64,000 nt of DNA from Octopus bimaculoides. Lineage: Eukaryota. The position numbers and the translations under genes were made by a program. The notes beneath the pieces are model-generated. The model was not told the DNA's origin. It did no database searches and saw only the letters and a list, made by a program, of their open reading frames with translations. Shown here piece after piece: positions 63,492 to 64,000 of the stretch. The stretch covers positions 51,728,660 to 51,792,659 of the forward strand of contig NC_068987.1 in assembly GCF_001194135.2 (NCBI RefSeq), read 5' to 3'. Within the stretch, counting starts at the first letter, position 1, and every line of letters begins with the position of its first letter.

Positions 63492-64000
63492 ATGCAACCT
63501 CACATCGCGAATACGAACGTAACAACCTTACAGGCGCATGAGGAAAGAGAAAAAGTCCTCAATGCCCACATGATGATGTGGATAATTGTTCTTAGACCAC
63601 AAAAGCGCACAGCCAACAACTTCCAAGCCTGGAACAATGATATCCCGACGCTGTATGGGATCCGTAAGGACTACAAAGTAACAACTAATCCTGTAGTGGG
63701 ACCACCAACAAGACCAGACTGTGAAGCGAATGTCGCTAGCAACTACAGGATTTCCTACTTCCTCTCAATGATCATACGCCCCATAATCCAGATGTCACCT
63801 GATGTCTGTGACAGCACGGAAGATCTCCTCAGCAGGATCAACGAATGTAACAACACTTGCAACCTGACAGGGTGTATAGTGGGTAGCATGGATGTGGTAT
63901 CACTATACCCATCTATCGACGTGGATTTTGCAGTGGAAAAGTGCGTGGAGATGATCAACGAGAGCGAAGTAGAGTTCCAAAAAGTCAACACAGAAGAACT
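63492..64000 (+). CDS. PLE reverse transcriptase, open reading frame running off the window
   Basis: 169 codons without a stop: MQPHIANTNV...IPTLYGIRKDYK...GPPTRPDCEA...ISYFLSMIIRP...DSTEDLL...IVGSMDVVSLYPSID (RT motif A). Missing from the ORF track because no stop lies inside the window. Confidence 0.85.
   Translation, partial: MQPHIANTNVTTLQAHEEREKVLNAHMMMWIIVLRPQKRTANNFQAWNNDIPTLYGIRKDYKVTTNPVVGPPTRPDCEANVASNYRISYFLSMIIRPIIQMSPDVCDSTEDLLSRINECNNTCNLTGCIVGSMDVVSLYPSIDVDFAVEKCVEMINESEVEFQKVNTEE

Overview
AT-rich, microsatellite-dense eukaryotic non-coding DNA from a gapped draft assembly. The (TA)n/(CA)n/(TATG)n load, the SINE families and the TE mix suggest a cephalopod (octopus-like) genome; this is inference. 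No host protein-coding gene, rRNA, true tRNA or CRISPR array can be supported, and most ORF-track entries are microsatellite or N-gap artefacts. The window is a TE graveyard: Penelope-like elements (PLE; RT and GIY-YIG relics, plus one RT ORF still open at the right edge), R4/Dong-like RLE LINEs in (TAA)n tracts, a second RLE LINE flanked by (CATA)n, RTE/BovB and Tx1/L1 relics, full-length mariner (DD34D) and rosa-like (DD41D) elements, maT-like (DD37D) fragments, a piggyBac relic and several tRNA-derived SINEs. The most interesting structure is (i) minimal type I hammerhead ribozyme motifs, two nearly intact (742-787 and 63418-63462), (ii) an R4/Dong family whose ORF carries an in-frame (GAA)n/poly-Glu tract varying from 5 to about 60 codons between copies, and (iii) an RLE LINE apparently targeting (CATA)n. 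All translations and folds were done by eye; element boundaries are approximate unless TIRs are quoted.
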